DNA from: Candidatus Poribacteria bacterium
GTDB lineage: Bacteria > Poribacteria > WGA-4E > WGA-3G
DNA length: 64,000 bases
Reading direction: 5' to 3'
Assembly: GCA_965242965.1 (NCBI GenBank)
Contig: OZ251518.1
Location: forward strand, 3,328,001-3,392,000
Positions 9,417 to 20,463 of this stretch are shown in pieces (position 1 is the stretch's first letter; each line of letters starts with the position of its first letter). Under the pieces are notes generated by a model. It saw nothing but the letters and a program-made list of their open reading frames with translations. It was not told the DNA's origin and made no database searches. Both the position numbers and the translations under genes were made by a program.

Positions 9417-11405
9417 CTACCGATATGCCTTAAATCCCGCTTCCACGCGCCGTTTGTGATAGAGATTCAGCATATCGCCTTCCACACGTGCAGTTGCGCG
9501 CCTACCATCAGTAAAGGTTAACAGAAATTCTGTGTCGGATGCCTGCGTTATCTCCTCAGTTTTCGGCAGCGGCACCGCCTTTTGTGCTGCCCATTCTTGG
9601 AGAGTCTTGGTGAGCGCAGCAGCATTCTTCGGCACAGCATCGGCATCCTTCAACGGAATGCTGAAAGCGGTAACGTTTTTCTGGACATAAGGAAACCAGC
9701 GGGCAGTCCTGAGGAACGGCACTAATGCCTGCAACGCTTCTGCCGTGCCAATTCGGCTGAGTGCCTCAGCGGAGAAGCCGCGCACATAGGCAGACTCGCT
9801 TTGCAAAGCGGCAGCTAATACGGGAATAGCCGCGGCGGCCGCCGGCCCAATGCGTGTCAACGCCTGCGCCGCGAAGAAACCTAAATCCAAGTCTTCCCGA
9901 TTTTCAAGCACGCCTATCAACGCCGGCACCGTTTTCTCGGTTGGCACCTGAATCATGCCTAACGCCGAGATTGCATGCCGCCGCACCTCGTCGGATGCAT
10001 CGGTTAACAACCGAATGAGCGTGTCAACTGCGCCTGCGGCATCCGGTCCCATTTCGCCAAGCGCATACGCGGCAGAGGCTCGCACGTTTTCACGTTCATC
10101 TACTAAGGCGGTTTTGAGCGCGGGAACAGCCGGTGCGCCGATGGCAGCGAGGCCATGTGCAGCATCACAGATATGGAGGATTGGCTCAGCTTCAAACGCT
10201 TCTTGTTCCGCAGCGAGTGCCTCGGCAAGGGGTGCGACAGCCGGTTCGCCTATCGCGCCGAGGGCATAGAGCGCGTTGCGTCGAACAGGTTCATAAGCAT
10301 CGGCAAGCGCGTCAATGAGTGCCGGGACTGCCGCCGCTGCATCTTCACGCAGAAAACCGAGTTCATTGGCGGCCTCCATCCGAGTCGCCGCGTCACTGCT
10401 TTTTAGCGAGGCAATTAGGGTGCTTTGTCGAGACTGGGAGGGCGCGTTTATTGGAGTTAATCGAGACCGGGAGGTCTCGCCTACTGGTGTTTGTCGAGAC
10501 TGGGAGGGCTCTCCTACAGGGAGGCGCGATGTGGAAGCGCGAGCCTGTCCCGTTTCATACAAATCTGTTTTCCCATACATCCAATTCCACATGTATGTCC
10601 ACAGAATCTCGGCATCATAGGGGATGTGATTGATTTCAGGCGGTGCCCAGGTATCCGTTTCGCTGTGCCACGAAGGCGCAGTCGGCTGCTCGGTGCGCAT
10701 AAAGACGAATTTCATGCCGTATCGGTTTAGCGAGGCGTAATTCTGGAGAAACGAATGCACCATATCAAAGTGCATAATCCAGACAGTGCCGAGTTCACCC
10801 GACATCGGCACAAGGTTCCGATTGACATAATTTTCCGGCAAGCGGCGTGTGCCGCTGTGCCCTTCGACATGCTGTTCGTGCCGTTGGTGCTGCCCATCGT
10901 GCATAAATCCGCGGAGATACTGCGTGCCCGGAATGATACACGTCGGCCCTTGTTCGGCAAGGCACGGCTGCGGGTAATAGAAAAGGATTGCCCAGCGCGG
11001 TGTGCGGTGACGGGGCCGTTTGCCGCCAGCGTGTCCATCTTTGTGGAGCGGCATCATCAACCTTTCTATGCCTGCCTCGTTCGGATTAGGTTCACTGCCC
11101 GCGAAATTGGGGTGGCAGTGCCGATGCGGGTGCATCACGTAACCGGCACCTAAAATGCTGGTGAGCGCGCCGCGCACCGCCGGTGACTCCAAAACGACTT
11201 GAAGTTCCGGCACCAATGGCAAAATGTTATTGAGGGGGTTGTGCGCCCGGTCCCCCCGGAAATCCAATGCGCCCGCGAAGAGCGCATCGGTTTTGTGATA
11301 GATAGTCTCGTGAAGCCCTGTCGGCACGTCAGCGGTAACGTCCACATAGCCGTTGACGATGAAGTGGCGAATCTGTTCATCGTTTAAGAGCTGCTGTTTG
11401 TCCAT
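9417..11405 (-). CDS. PhyH-like dioxygenase fused to HEAT-repeat domain
   Basis: FIVNGYV, LHKD, GPTCIIPGT, HFDMVH; C-terminal repeats AVPALIxAL.D....VR..A..ALG. Confidence 0.85.
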   Translation of the reverse strand: MDKQQLLNDEQIRHFIVNGYVDVTADVPTGLHETIYHKTDALFAGALDFRGDRAHNPLNNILPLVPELQVVLESPAVRGALTSILGAGYVMHPHRHCHPNFAGSEPNPNEAGIERLMMPLHKDGHAGGKRPRHRTPRWAILFYYPQPCLAEQGPTCIIPGTQYLRGFMHDGQHQRHEQHVEGHSGTRRLPENYVNRNLVPMSGELGTVWIMHFDMVHSFLQNYASLNRYGMKFVFMRTEQPTAPSWHSETDTWAPPEINHIPYDAEILWTYMWNWMYGKTDLYETGQARASTSRLPVGEPSQSRQTPVGETSRSRLTPINAPSQSRQSTLIASLKSSDAATRMEAANELGFLREDAAAAVPALIDALADAYEPVRRNALYALGAIGEPAVAPLAEALAAEQEAFEAEPILHICDAAHGLAAIGAPAVPALKTALVDERENVRASAAYALGEMGPDAAGAVDTLIRLLTDASDEVRRHAISALGMIQVPTEKTVPALIGVLENREDLDLGFFAAQALTRIGPAAAAAIPVLAAALQSESAYVRGFSAEALSRIGTAEALQALVPFLRTARWFPYVQKNVTAFSIPLKDADAVPKNAAALTKTLQEWAAQKAVPLPKTEEITQASDTEFLLTFTDGRRATARVEGDMLNLYHKRRVEAGFKAYR

Positions 11406-11469
11406 TGTTTCTCCTCTTATTCCAAAAATGACACCAATGCGTCTTGTCCTTTCTTGCCCTATTTGGGCT

Positions 11470-12054
11470 GAGAGTGTTTCATAAATCGCTCAACTTGGTA
11501 GGCTGCCCCCGGTCTCCATACATCCTTGTAGGAGAGACCTCCCGGTCTCGATTGCCCGTAGCGCGGGGGCCCTCGGATGCCAGACGCGCATCCGACCGGG
11601 TTTCCCCGCGTTGGCCATCGTCAAGCGGGGGGCGTTTTAGGTCTTTAGCACCTACATGTCTATAGAAACACGTGCAGGTCCCACGTCAAGGTCCTTTAGG
11701 TCCTTAATAAAAAAACACGCGCCGCAGCAAAACACATTAAGGACCTAAAGGACCTTAGAGCTCTTCGCGTCGCCGAGTGCTATAGACATTAAGGTCCTAC
11801 GGACCTAAGAGACGTTCTTTCCGTAGCGCGAACGATGGCGAGGGCCTGTCCCCCGCCCTACGATGAAAGGAAGGCGTTATTTTTATCGTAGCGCGGGGGC
11901 CCTCGCATGCCATACGCGCATCCGAGAGGGTTTCCCCCGCGATCGTTGGAGTGCGTGAACGATGGCGAGGGACAGGCCCTCGCACTACGATGAAGGGGGG
12001 CCTATTGCATCGAGACCGGGAGGTCTCTCCTACACGGATTTATGAAACACCCTC
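11470..12054. mobile_element. TIR/REP MITE-like element (585 bp)
   Basis: gagagtgtttcataaatc...gatttatgaaacaccctc; perfect 9-bp TSD ATTTGGGCT. Confidence 0.85.
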
Positions 12055-12078
12055 ATTTGGGCTCAGGCGATTTTGAGA

Positions 12079-13602
12079 TTACAAGATATACTTGCTCAAA
12101 TCCTGGTCTTTGACGATTTCGGCGAGCTCGGCGGTGACATAAGCGGCATCGATTGTCACCGAGTCTTTCCCGAGGTCTGGCGCGTCAAAGAAAAGGTTTT
12201 CAAACAACTTCTCCATGATAGTATGGAGTCTGCGCGCGCCGATGTCCTCAACCGATTCGTTGACTTGGAAGGCGAGGGCGGCTATCTCGTCAATAGCGTC
12301 ATCGGTAATCACGGCATCGACACCCTCTGTCGCCAACAACGCGGTATACTGCTTGACGAGGGCGTTCTTCGGTTCCGTCAAGATGGATTTGAAATCGGTT
12401 CGCGTGAGGCTTTTGAGTTCCACACGAATCGGAAATCTGCCTTGCAGTTCGGGGATGAGGTCTGACGGACTGGAGACGTGGAACGCGCCTGCGGCGATGA
12501 ACAAGATATGATGCGTGCGAATCGGCCCGTATTTCGATGCGACGGTGCTGCCCTCAATAATCGGGAGGATGTCGCGTTGCACGCCTTCGCGCGAGACATC
12601 AGGGCCGTGCCGCGATTCACGCCCGGCGATTTTGTCAATCTCGTCCAAGAAGACTATCCCGGCGTTCTCCACACGTTCGATCGCCTCGCTGATGACAGTG
12701 TCCATGTCAATCAGTTTCTCTGCTTCCTCTTGCAGGAGGATCTGGCGTGCTTCCGAGACTGGCAGTCGGCGTTTCTTCGTCTGATTCGGCAGGATGCTAC
12801 TGAACATGTCCTTGAAGTTAATGTCCATCTCCTCGATGCCGCCGGGGGAGAAGATTTCGACGAACGGGACGCTGCGCGGTTTGACGTTCACCTCTACCGG
12901 TTTATCCTCCAGTTTGCCATCGCGGAGCCATTTTTTGAACATTTCGCGCGTCTTATAGTAGCGTTCGCGCCGGGCATCAAGATTGTCCGGGTCTGGCAGC
13001 TCATCCCCAACATTAGGACCGTCGGAGGGACTGTCAAGAGTCACCTGCGTGTCCTCTTCATCTTCGTCCTCTTCGGCAAGTGCAATCTCGTCATCCTCAT
13101 CATTCTCAAAAATATCGAGGAGCCGCTGGTCTGCCTCTTGCTGTTGCCGCCGCAGGGAGCGCGGCATCGGGATAAGCGCGTCTAACAGCCGTTCTTCGAC
13201 GAAGTCGCGCGCCTTCTCTTCAACCGCCACAGTCTGCTCCGCCTTAACGCGGGCGATGGCGATTTCCGTCAAATCACGAATCATCGACTCAACATCGCGG
13301 CCAACGTAACCGATTTCGGTATACTTGGATGCCTCTACCTTGATAAAGGGCGCGTCAACGAGGCGCGCGAGTCGGCGCGCAATCTCGGTTTTCCCTACCC
13401 CTGTCGAGCCAATCATGATGATATTCTTCGGGGCGACTTCGTCCTGAATATCTTCGGCGAGCATCTGCCGACGCGCGCGGTTGCGCAACGCAATGGCAAC
13501 GGCGCGCTTGGCATCGAATTGCCCAATAATGTAGGTGTCAAGCTCCTCAACAATCTGCCGTGGCGTGAGTGCATCGGCTAAGGTTTTGTTTTCTTTCGTC
13601 AA
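12079..13602 (-). CDS. hslU: ATP-dependent protease ATPase subunit HslU
   Basis: [60 protein letters not shown] end; TTG start with AGGAG. Confidence 0.97.
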   Translation of the reverse strand: MTKENKTLADALTPRQIVEELDTYIIGQFDAKRAVAIALRNRARRQMLAEDIQDEVAPKNIIMIGSTGVGKTEIARRLARLVDAPFIKVEASKYTEIGYVGRDVESMIRDLTEIAIARVKAEQTVAVEEKARDFVEERLLDALIPMPRSLRRQQQEADQRLLDIFENDEDDEIALAEEDEDEEDTQVTLDSPSDGPNVGDELPDPDNLDARRERYYKTREMFKKWLRDGKLEDKPVEVNVKPRSVPFVEIFSPGGIEEMDINFKDMFSSILPNQTKKRRLPVSEARQILLQEEAEKLIDMDTVISEAIERVENAGIVFLDEIDKIAGRESRHGPDVSREGVQRDILPIIEGSTVASKYGPIRTHHILFIAAGAFHVSSPSDLIPELQGRFPIRVELKSLTRTDFKSILTEPKNALVKQYTALLATEGVDAVITDDAIDEIAALAFQVNESVEDIGARRLHTIMEKLFENLFFDAPDLGKDSVTIDAAYVTAELAEIVKDQDLSKYIL

Positions 13603-13627
13603 TTTCGGTTTCTCCTACAAGGTAAAT

Positions 13628-13885
13628 GAGGGTGTTTCATAAATCGCTCAACATCGCGGGGGACAGCCCCCGCGCTCCGATGAAAAAAACGATTTCCCTT
13701 CACGTAGGGCTTGGACCCTCGCCTGCCACACGCGCATCCGAGCGGGTTTCCCTCGCCATGCGTTTTGCTGTCAGACCGCATCCCCCCTGTAGGTCAGGAG
13801 CGCCTGCTCCTGACCCGTTCGGGAGCGGGCGCTCCCGAACTACAGAGATAGGCCCGATGCCTCTCGGTATTTATGAAACACCCTC
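13628..13885. mobile_element. TIR/REP MITE-like element between hslV and hslU
   Basis: gagggtgtttcataaat...atttatgaaacaccctc; flanks ggtaaat / agtaaaa share gtaaa. Confidence 0.8.
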
Positions 13886-13984
13886 AGTAAAACCCAATGT
13901 CTTGCCTGTCTCGGGGTCTTGCCGATATCGGGACGCGGAAACCTTCCGACTGGCATGTCAAGACCGGGCGGGTTCTCCTAGGGG

Positions 13985-14518
13985 TTATGCAGTCAGCGTT
14001 TCAACGTCAATGCAAGAATTCGTATAAACGCAAATCTCACCGGTAATCTTCAGTGCTTCGGTGACAATCTCGCTAGCGGACAATTGGGAGTGCGCGTGCA
14101 GGGCACGAGCGGCGGCTAATGCGCTGGCACTCCCCGAGCCGATGGCGAGGATGTCGTCATCGGGACTGATGACATCGCCGTTGCCGGAGATGAGATAGCC
14201 GCCTTCGGCATTAACAGCGATGAGCACTGCATCCACGCGCCTGAGCACCCGGTCGGTGCGCCACTCCCTTGCAAGTTCAACGGCGGCTCTTTGCAGATTC
14301 CCGCGGTATCGTTCAAGGTTCTTCTCCAACATCTCGTAGAGCGTGAGGGCATCCGAGGCGGCACCGGCGAATCCGATAAGCACCTGGTCATCGTGAATTC
14401 TTCGGATCTTGCGGGCACGATGCTTGATAGCCATGTCACCGAGTGTCACCTGGCCATCGCCGCCGATGGCGACGGTGCCGTCGCGGCGGACAGCTAAAAT
14501 GGTTGTTGAACGTATCAT
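13985..14518 (-). CDS. hslV: ATP-dependent protease peptidase subunit HslV
   Basis: STTILAV, GDGQVTLG, GFAG, AIGSG, EICVYTN. Confidence 0.97.
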   Translation of the reverse strand: MIRSTTILAVRRDGTVAIGGDGQVTLGDMAIKHRARKIRRIHDDQVLIGFAGAASDALTLYEMLEKNLERYRGNLQRAAVELAREWRTDRVLRRVDAVLIAVNAEGGYLISGNGDVISPDDDILAIGSGSASALAAARALHAHSQLSASEIVTEALKITGEICVYTNSCIDVETLTA

Positions 14519-14536
14519 TTTTTCTCCTGCTGGCCC

Positions 14537-14768
14537 GTAGGGCGAGGGCCTGTCCCTCGCCATGTCAAACGCGCACGGAGGGCCTGTCCCTATAACTTCT
14601 GCTTGTCAAGACGAATCGAGACCGGGAGGTCTCTCCTACCGGGCGAGAGCCTGTCCCTATAACTCCTGCTGGTTCGTAGGGCGAGGGCCTGTCCCTCGCC
14701 ATCGTTCACGCACCAGGCTGACCGGTAGGCTCATTTGGCCCGTAGGGCGAGGGCCTGTCCCTCGCCAT
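14537..14768. repeat. REP-like cluster upstream of hslV
   Basis: Three gtagggcgagggcctgtccctcgcc copies and one C-family copy. Confidence 0.85.
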
Positions 14769-14769
14769 G

Positions 14770-15414
14770 TCAGAGATAAAAAATTAAAAACGTGAAAAAC
14801 TGCAAGGCACCCATAAAGATGCCGCACCGTATCCCGGCGATGACCGGGGGTTGCTCCCGATGAAAGTAATACGGGCACAACAGGAACGTGAGCAGAAACG
14901 CGAGCGGCACGAAGAGCGGTACCGATGCAACCTGCGGGAAACTGTCAACGCGCAGCGCGTTCCATACCCACAACCGCGAGTCCCCGAGCGCATAGATGAC
15001 AAAACTCCCAAGCCCCGCTAGACATCCCGTGACAGCAGCGGCGAAGAGACGGCGGGGCCAGAGCCTGAGACTCCGTTCGTAACAGTAAGCCATCAAGGCG
15101 GCAAAAATTACCCATGTGAACACCAGCGCGACCGGCACGCCTAAACGCGCAAATTCGGCATCAAGGTAAAAGATGAGACGCGCCTTCCTCGAAAACAGCC
15201 AGTCTATCGGTAAATAGACAACGATGGCGGCGGCACCAAAGAGGATACCCCTTGTGAGTTCCTCGCGCTGTCTCAGCCAATACCCAAACCAGCCGATGGT
15301 GAACACAAGGTTTGGATAAAGCGTCCACACTGAACCGAACTGGTTTACCATAATAAACGTCATTAATGTCGTAGCGGATACAATAATGACAGCGGTGTCT
15401 GTTGCAATGCGCAC
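14770..15414 (-). CDS. Integral membrane protein of unknown function
   Basis: About 6-7 hydrophobic segments; directly downstream of the ArsA-like gene. Confidence 0.65.
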   Translation of the reverse strand: MRIATDTAVIIVSATTLMTFIMVNQFGSVWTLYPNLVFTIGWFGYWLRQREELTRGILFGAAAIVVYLPIDWLFSRKARLIFYLDAEFARLGVPVALVFTWVIFAALMAYCYERSLRLWPRRLFAAAVTGCLAGLGSFVIYALGDSRLWVWNALRVDSFPQVASVPLFVPLAFLLTFLLCPYYFHREQPPVIAGIRCGIFMGALQFFTFLIFYL

Positions 15415-15451
15415 AAATGAACTCCCGGTTTCAAACCGCGCCTACCGGATG

Positions 15452-16639
15452 CTAAGCCGTTTCAAACGTAATCACGAGTTGTTCGCCGCTCAGTTTCGCC
15501 CCGGTCGTCCGCCTATTGGCGAGGCTTCGCGGCAAAGCGACATGCCGCTTAAAGCCGCCGATGGTGACGATTAATTCGTCGCCGTGCTTGGTGAGTTCGA
15601 TATCCTTCTTCGTTAGAAACGGGAGCCGCATCGTCAACTGATAGATGCCGTTCCGCTCCTGAAATTGATAGGGCCGCCGTTCGGAAAACCGTTCCGCCGG
15701 ATTGATGTCCGCATAGAGTGAATCGGCGAGTTGCTGCAACCCGGCTTTCCCGATGATTTCGTCGGAGAAGAGGTTCACCTTCCATATCGGCACATCCGAG
15801 AAATAGTGGGATGCCTCCTGAATGTAGTGCCGCTGCGTCTGCTTCCAGAGCTCAAAATAGTCGGCATCCACGCCTTCCGGGAAAATGCGGTTGATAATAA
15901 CAGCATCGATGCAAAGCCCATACAGGCAAAAATACATGAAGGCGCGCTGTGTTTCCTTGATGACAATCTTCTCCGGATTCGTTACCAACCGCACCGTCGT
16001 GATTTTCGGATCCGTGAGCACGCCATCAATACCCTCCAATTTATCAAAAAGATCTTGGATATTTTGGAAGTAGGTATCGCGCGGGAGCGGCACGTTGCTG
16101 ACGCGTTCAATTACCGGGCCCGCGACCTTCGCCAAACTCCGCTCTAGCTTAAAGATGCGGTTCATATACCACTCCAGCGTCGTCGGAATGCTGACGAACC
16201 GCAGCGATTCGCCGGTGGGCGCGCAATCCAAGATGATGACATCGTAAGTCTTCTCGCGCACGTACTGGTTGATATAGAGGAGCGCGCAGATTTCTTCCAT
16301 CCCCGGAAATACCGCAATCTCCTCGGCGACAAGCGTCTCTAACCCAGAGCGATTGAGCAACGAACGGATGTAGTTGTAAACCTCGTCCCAATACTCGGCA
16401 ATCGCTTCCTGAATGTTAATCTCTTGTATCCAGAGGTTCTCGCCGACCGGAATCTGTTTTTCGGTTTGGATGAGCGTTTCGGCAGCTGCGTCGCTATCAA
16501 ACGCATCTCGCAATGAATGCGCTACATCCAGCGAGATGACAATCGTCCGGTAGCCGAGCTGCGCGAGTTTCATGCCGGTTGCGGCGGCGATGGTAGTTTT
16601 CCCGACACCACCTTTGCCGGTGTAAAAAATAATTCGCAT
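15452..16639 (-). CDS. ArsA/GET3-family ATPase, single domain, with C-terminal HSP20-like domain
   Basis: GKGGVGKT, SLDVAHSL, DCAPTGESLR, RLVTNPEK; tail ELTKHGDELIVTIGGFKRHVALP. Confidence 0.9.
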   Translation of the reverse strand: MRIIFYTGKGGVGKTTIAAATGMKLAQLGYRTIVISLDVAHSLRDAFDSDAAAETLIQTEKQIPVGENLWIQEINIQEAIAEYWDEVYNYIRSLLNRSGLETLVAEEIAVFPGMEEICALLYINQYVREKTYDVIILDCAPTGESLRFVSIPTTLEWYMNRIFKLERSLAKVAGPVIERVSNVPLPRDTYFQNIQDLFDKLEGIDGVLTDPKITTVRLVTNPEKIVIKETQRAFMYFCLYGLCIDAVIINRIFPEGVDADYFELWKQTQRHYIQEASHYFSDVPIWKVNLFSDEIIGKAGLQQLADSLYADINPAERFSERRPYQFQERNGIYQLTMRLPFLTKKDIELTKHGDELIVTIGGFKRHVALPRSLANRRTTGAKLSGEQLVITFETA

Positions 16640-16732
16640 CGTTTAAAATCCAAAGGCGTTACGCAAAGTTCATCATGCGTTTCCGCAGTTTATGTTAATC
16701 TAATTTTATTGATGTTGGTATATCTTATTTAA

Positions 16733-16761
16733 AGTATACCACAAAACTTTTTGATTTGCAA
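16733..16761 (-). promoter_or_regulatory. sigma70-type promoter for the ArsA-like gene
   Basis: TTGCAA-17-TATACT with TGTGG extended -10. Confidence 0.6.
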
Positions 16762-16793
16762 GGGGGATATCGAAAAAAAAATAGGTAACAGAT

Positions 16794-17741
16794 GAGGGTG
16801 TTTCATAAATAGTTCAACGTCGCGGTGACAGGCCCCCGCGCTACGATGAAAAAACGCCGCCCCTTCACGGAGGGCTTGGGCCCTCGCATGCCACACGCGC
16901 AGGCGAGGTTTCCCGCGCCAGCACTCGCGTCATCCAACGCTCGCGGGGGACAGGCCCCCGCGCTACGAAAAAAAACGCCCTTTTCACCGTAGGGCGAGGG
17001 CCTGTCCCTCGCCATCGTTCTCGCGCCAGGCCCTGTAGGGCAAGATCGCCTGAAGCTCTGGCAGACTTGCCAAGCGATCCCGAACCGTTTGTAATCAGGC
17101 GATCAAAACTGCAGAGGGGAACACACATCGTGACGATGGAGCTCGCGGGGGACAGGCCCACGCGCTACGAAAAAAACGCCACCCCCGCACCGTAGGGCGA
17201 GGGCCTGTCCCTCGCCATCGCTCGCGTCAGCCAACGCTCGCGGGGGACAGGCCCACGCGCTACGATGAAAAAAACGCCGCCCCTTCACGTAGGGCGAGGG
17301 ACAGGCCCTCGCCATCGTTCTCGCGCCAGACCCTGTAGTTCGGGATCGCCGGATCCCGAACCGTTTGTAATCAGGCGAGCACAAACTACAACGGGTGAAC
17401 ATACATCGTGACGATGGAAATCGCGGGGGACAGGCCCACGCGCTACGAAAAAAAACGCCACCCCCTTCACGTAGGGCGAGGGCCTGTCCCTCGCCATCGT
17501 TCACGCGCCAGCCCCTGTAGGGCAGGATCGCCGGATCCTGACCCGTTCGGGAGCGGGCGCTCCCGAACTACAAAGTGGGCCCAATGCCCTCCGGTAGAAG
17601 AGACATCACTTGCATCGAGACCGGGACGGCGCGCCGACAGGAAAAAATCGAGACCGGGAGGGCTCGCCTACCAAGAGGGCTCGGTATTCGCCCGCTCTCA
17701 AAGGGGCGATAAATACCGAAACGAAGTTATGAAACACCCCT
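16794..17741. mobile_element. Large TIR/REP mosaic element (~950 bp) with internal tandem modules
   Basis: Left gagggtgtttcataaat, right ttatgaaacacccct; internal modules repeated about three times; no clear TSD. Confidence 0.7.
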
Positions 17742-17744
17742 ATC

Positions 17745-18090
17745 CTTAACTGCTGCGCCGCCTGTGGTGTCGCCTGCCTCCGTTTCCACAAGAAAAGCAC
17801 ACCGAGAACAGCGAGAGGCAAAACAAAAGGGGTGCTCTTTAGGGACAGAGCGAAGAGGTAAAAGAGCCACCCCGGGTCATAGACAACTTTGCCGAGGAAA
17901 AAGTGTTCCACCTCATGCGCCGTTGTAACGGCCCACTCAATCCCCGAAAAACTCTGCCACACTGCGTGCAGGGCAAAAAAGCACGCGACACCCAGTACGA
18001 CAGACGAGGAAACTGTCAGCACTAGCTGCCGCCGCGGCTTCGCGAATAGAAAAAGGTTTTCAGCAGTCCGATTGCCGGCTTGATTCGGCT
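17745..18090 (-). pseudogene. Fragment of a membrane glycosyltransferase (GT39/PMT-like)
   Basis: HFFLGKVVYDPGWLFYLFALSLKSTPFVLPL resembles an internal segment of these enzymes; no proper start; runs into the TIR element. Confidence 0.45.
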
Positions 18091-18091
18091 C

Positions 18092-18841
18092 TTACTCTCC
18101 GACTTTAACGTCAAAGCGGATGCCGCCTTGTTCGCCGTATTCTTCCAATGTCTTAAGCTCCCGCAGGAATTCAAGTTGAAGTGCAATCACATCACGACTT
18201 ACCTTCTGGTTCTCAGGCATGATTCTTGAAAATGCCTCCGCCATCTGAATTGCATCATCCAGCGTCAGAGTTTCCTCGTTTGCACGCTTGATATTTTCAA
18301 CAATCGTATCAACTCCGGGAAAATCCCCATACATCTCTCGCAAGCCATCAGCAAGTCGCGCGTAAGCATACTCGGGATGAGTGTGTAGGAAATCGTTGTA
18401 ATCTCGGCCGGCTGCTTTTGCCTGGACCCAGTCGATTCCTTCAACAGGCGCGTCTGTCCATTCTTCAGGAAATTCCACCTTAGAAAGCGACAACGCGTCT
18501 GAGTCAGAGTCAAGTGCAGGTAACTCTGTTTCGGTGAGCAGCACAGCAGGCGTTTCCCTCTCGGGGGCATCAACCTCTAGCACCTGGCTCTCAAAACGCT
18601 CAACGGACACCGTTGTCCGCGGCGTTGTATAGCCGGGGCGTTCATCTGTCATCACCTCTCTGGGGAACACATCCGCCGGATCGGCTACAGTTTCGGGAGG
18701 TGTTTCTAACTTAGGCGGTTCGCCAAGTGAGTCCTCAAAGCGTTTCAAATCCCACTGCGCGTAGATAAGAAATCCTGCACAGATGATGACAGTCAAAATT
18801 AACGCACCACCAATCACTTGGAGGTTATATTGCATTTTCAT
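18092..18841 (-). CDS. Hypothetical protein with N-terminal membrane anchor, acidic
   Basis: RBS aaggag; N-terminal hydrophobic helix. Confidence 0.7.
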   Translation of the reverse strand: MKMQYNLQVIGGALILTVIICAGFLIYAQWDLKRFEDSLGEPPKLETPPETVADPADVFPREVMTDERPGYTTPRTTVSVERFESQVLEVDAPERETPAVLLTETELPALDSDSDALSLSKVEFPEEWTDAPVEGIDWVQAKAAGRDYNDFLHTHPEYAYARLADGLREMYGDFPGVDTIVENIKRANEETLTLDDAIQMAEAFSRIMPENQKVSRDVIALQLEFLRELKTLEEYGEQGGIRFDVKVGE

Positions 18842-18934
18842 AACTATTCTCCTTTCATGCCAGGACGTAAGCAGAATTAAATGTGAAATTTCCTCACAGC
18901 GAGGGCACGAGGAACGATGAAATTTACGTCAACC

Positions 18935-19591
18935 CTATTCTAGGATAAGGGTGAATTTCATTTCAAACGTTTCTGGCGTTTCCCCCTGGAGTTTACACAT
19001 TTTGGCCATCACTTCATACTGCTTCAGGGTCCTGCGGGCATTTCGGATGAGCTCGGCATGTTTTTCAGGCTCTTTATCCATCAGCATCTGAAGCCCTAGT
19101 TCAGTGAGCCGAATATGGTCTGATAGAGGCCCTTTCCCATCACGAACAAGACGAAAATAGAGAGCGGACCACGCCTCAACAAAAGCGTGTTCTCCGTATG
19201 TGAGTTTGGCAAATTTTGAGAGTGCTTCCTTGGCTGCATCCGGATTCGACAAGACGAGTTTCTTAAACACCCTCAAACTCTCCATTGCCTCTCCCTTATC
19301 CTGCCGTAGAGACTCGCGGTAATCTGCCAATGCCTTCGCTTCCGTTTCCGTCGGCTGGAGTTCATTATGCTCCTTCAGCAGTTTCGCTGCCTCGCCGATA
19401 GCCTCCTCAGCATGGAGATGATTTTCGCCACCAATAGAAGCGTGGTTCTTGGATTGGCCGGGGGGCGCGGCAACGGTAGAAGCACGCTCATGCGTCTGCA
19501 GGCTACTTTTTTCAGATTCACCGGACGGTTTTGAGAAAAAGCATCCGTTAATCAACAGAAGGAAAACAAGGCTAACGATCAGAAATCGCAT
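18935..19591 (-). CDS. Hypothetical helical lipoprotein
   Basis: RBS aaggag; lipobox INGC. Confidence 0.7.
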   Translation of the reverse strand: MRFLIVSLVFLLLINGCFFSKPSGESEKSSLQTHERASTVAAPPGQSKNHASIGGENHLHAEEAIGEAAKLLKEHNELQPTETEAKALADYRESLRQDKGEAMESLRVFKKLVLSNPDAAKEALSKFAKLTYGEHAFVEAWSALYFRLVRDGKGPLSDHIRLTELGLQMLMDKEPEKHAELIRNARRTLKQYEVMAKMCKLQGETPETFEMKFTLILE

Positions 19592-19845
19592 CGTTTCTCC
19601 TTTATAGGACCCATCTCATAGATGAATTTCACGTTCCCCGTGGTGCGAGGACTGATGCTCTTGCACTACGGGGTATTTATGAGATAGGTTGGTTGTAGCT
19701 AGATTACGTTCAAACCGCTGAGGACAAATTCATCTGGTGTTAAACAGGCGGCAGATAAACTATTCAGTTTTGCGCCGATAGAAACTCTGCCCCACAGCGA
19801 CTCAATAGTAGCACTCAGCATCACCGATAGATGAACTAGTTAACT

Positions 19846-20376
19846 GAGGGTGTTTCATAACTCCGTTTCGGTATTTATCCCGCTTGGGGGCGGGCGAATA
19901 CCGCGTCCTCTTGGTAGGAGAGCCCTCCCGGTCTTGATGCAACGCTATAAACCTTATTAAGGTCCTACGGACCTTGATAGGTGCTGCACGTTTTTCTATA
20001 GACATTCAGGTCCTACGGACCTAAAAGAGCGGTTTGATAGACCGCAGCATGGCGAGGGACAGGCCCTCGCCCTACGATGAAGGGGGCCGTTCTGCTGCCA
20101 AGAAACCGTCCGGTTACCGTAGCGCGGGGGCCTGTCCCCCGCGAGTGAAAAAACCGTCCGGTTACCGTAGCGCGGGGGCCTGTCCCCCGCGAGCGTCCCG
20201 GTAGGAGAGACCTCCCGGCCTCGATTCCTCCGCGAACGGCCGATGGCGAACCGTAGGAGAGTCAGACTCCTCACCTCTGTAGGTCAGGATCGTCTGAAGC
20301 TCTGGCACATTTGCCAAGCGATTCTGACCCGTTCGGGAGCGGGTGCTCCCGAACTACAGAGTTATGAAACACCCTC
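19846..20376. mobile_element. TIR/REP MITE-like element (531 bp)
   Basis: gagggtgtttcataact...agttatgaaacaccctc; 8-bp TSD AGTTAACT/AGCTAACT. Confidence 0.85.
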
Positions 20377-20463
20377 AGCTAACTTCTAATGTGAGGTTAG
20401 GTGCCAATGAATTTCAAGATGGCAGCCGGTCAATCAGATACCATCTGCACAATTTCTTACCAT

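Noticed and set aside
8690-9433. Short ORFs rich in RRARACPSP / GRGPVPR / AGDRPPRY (also near 16800-17750, 35000-35550, 40429, 61600)
   Set aside because: They are translations of REP DNA in intergenic clusters, without RBS or coding character.
15452-16639. Arsenic resistance operon
   Set aside because: Single-domain ArsA-like protein with HSP20-like tail and no arsB/acr3/arsC/arsR.
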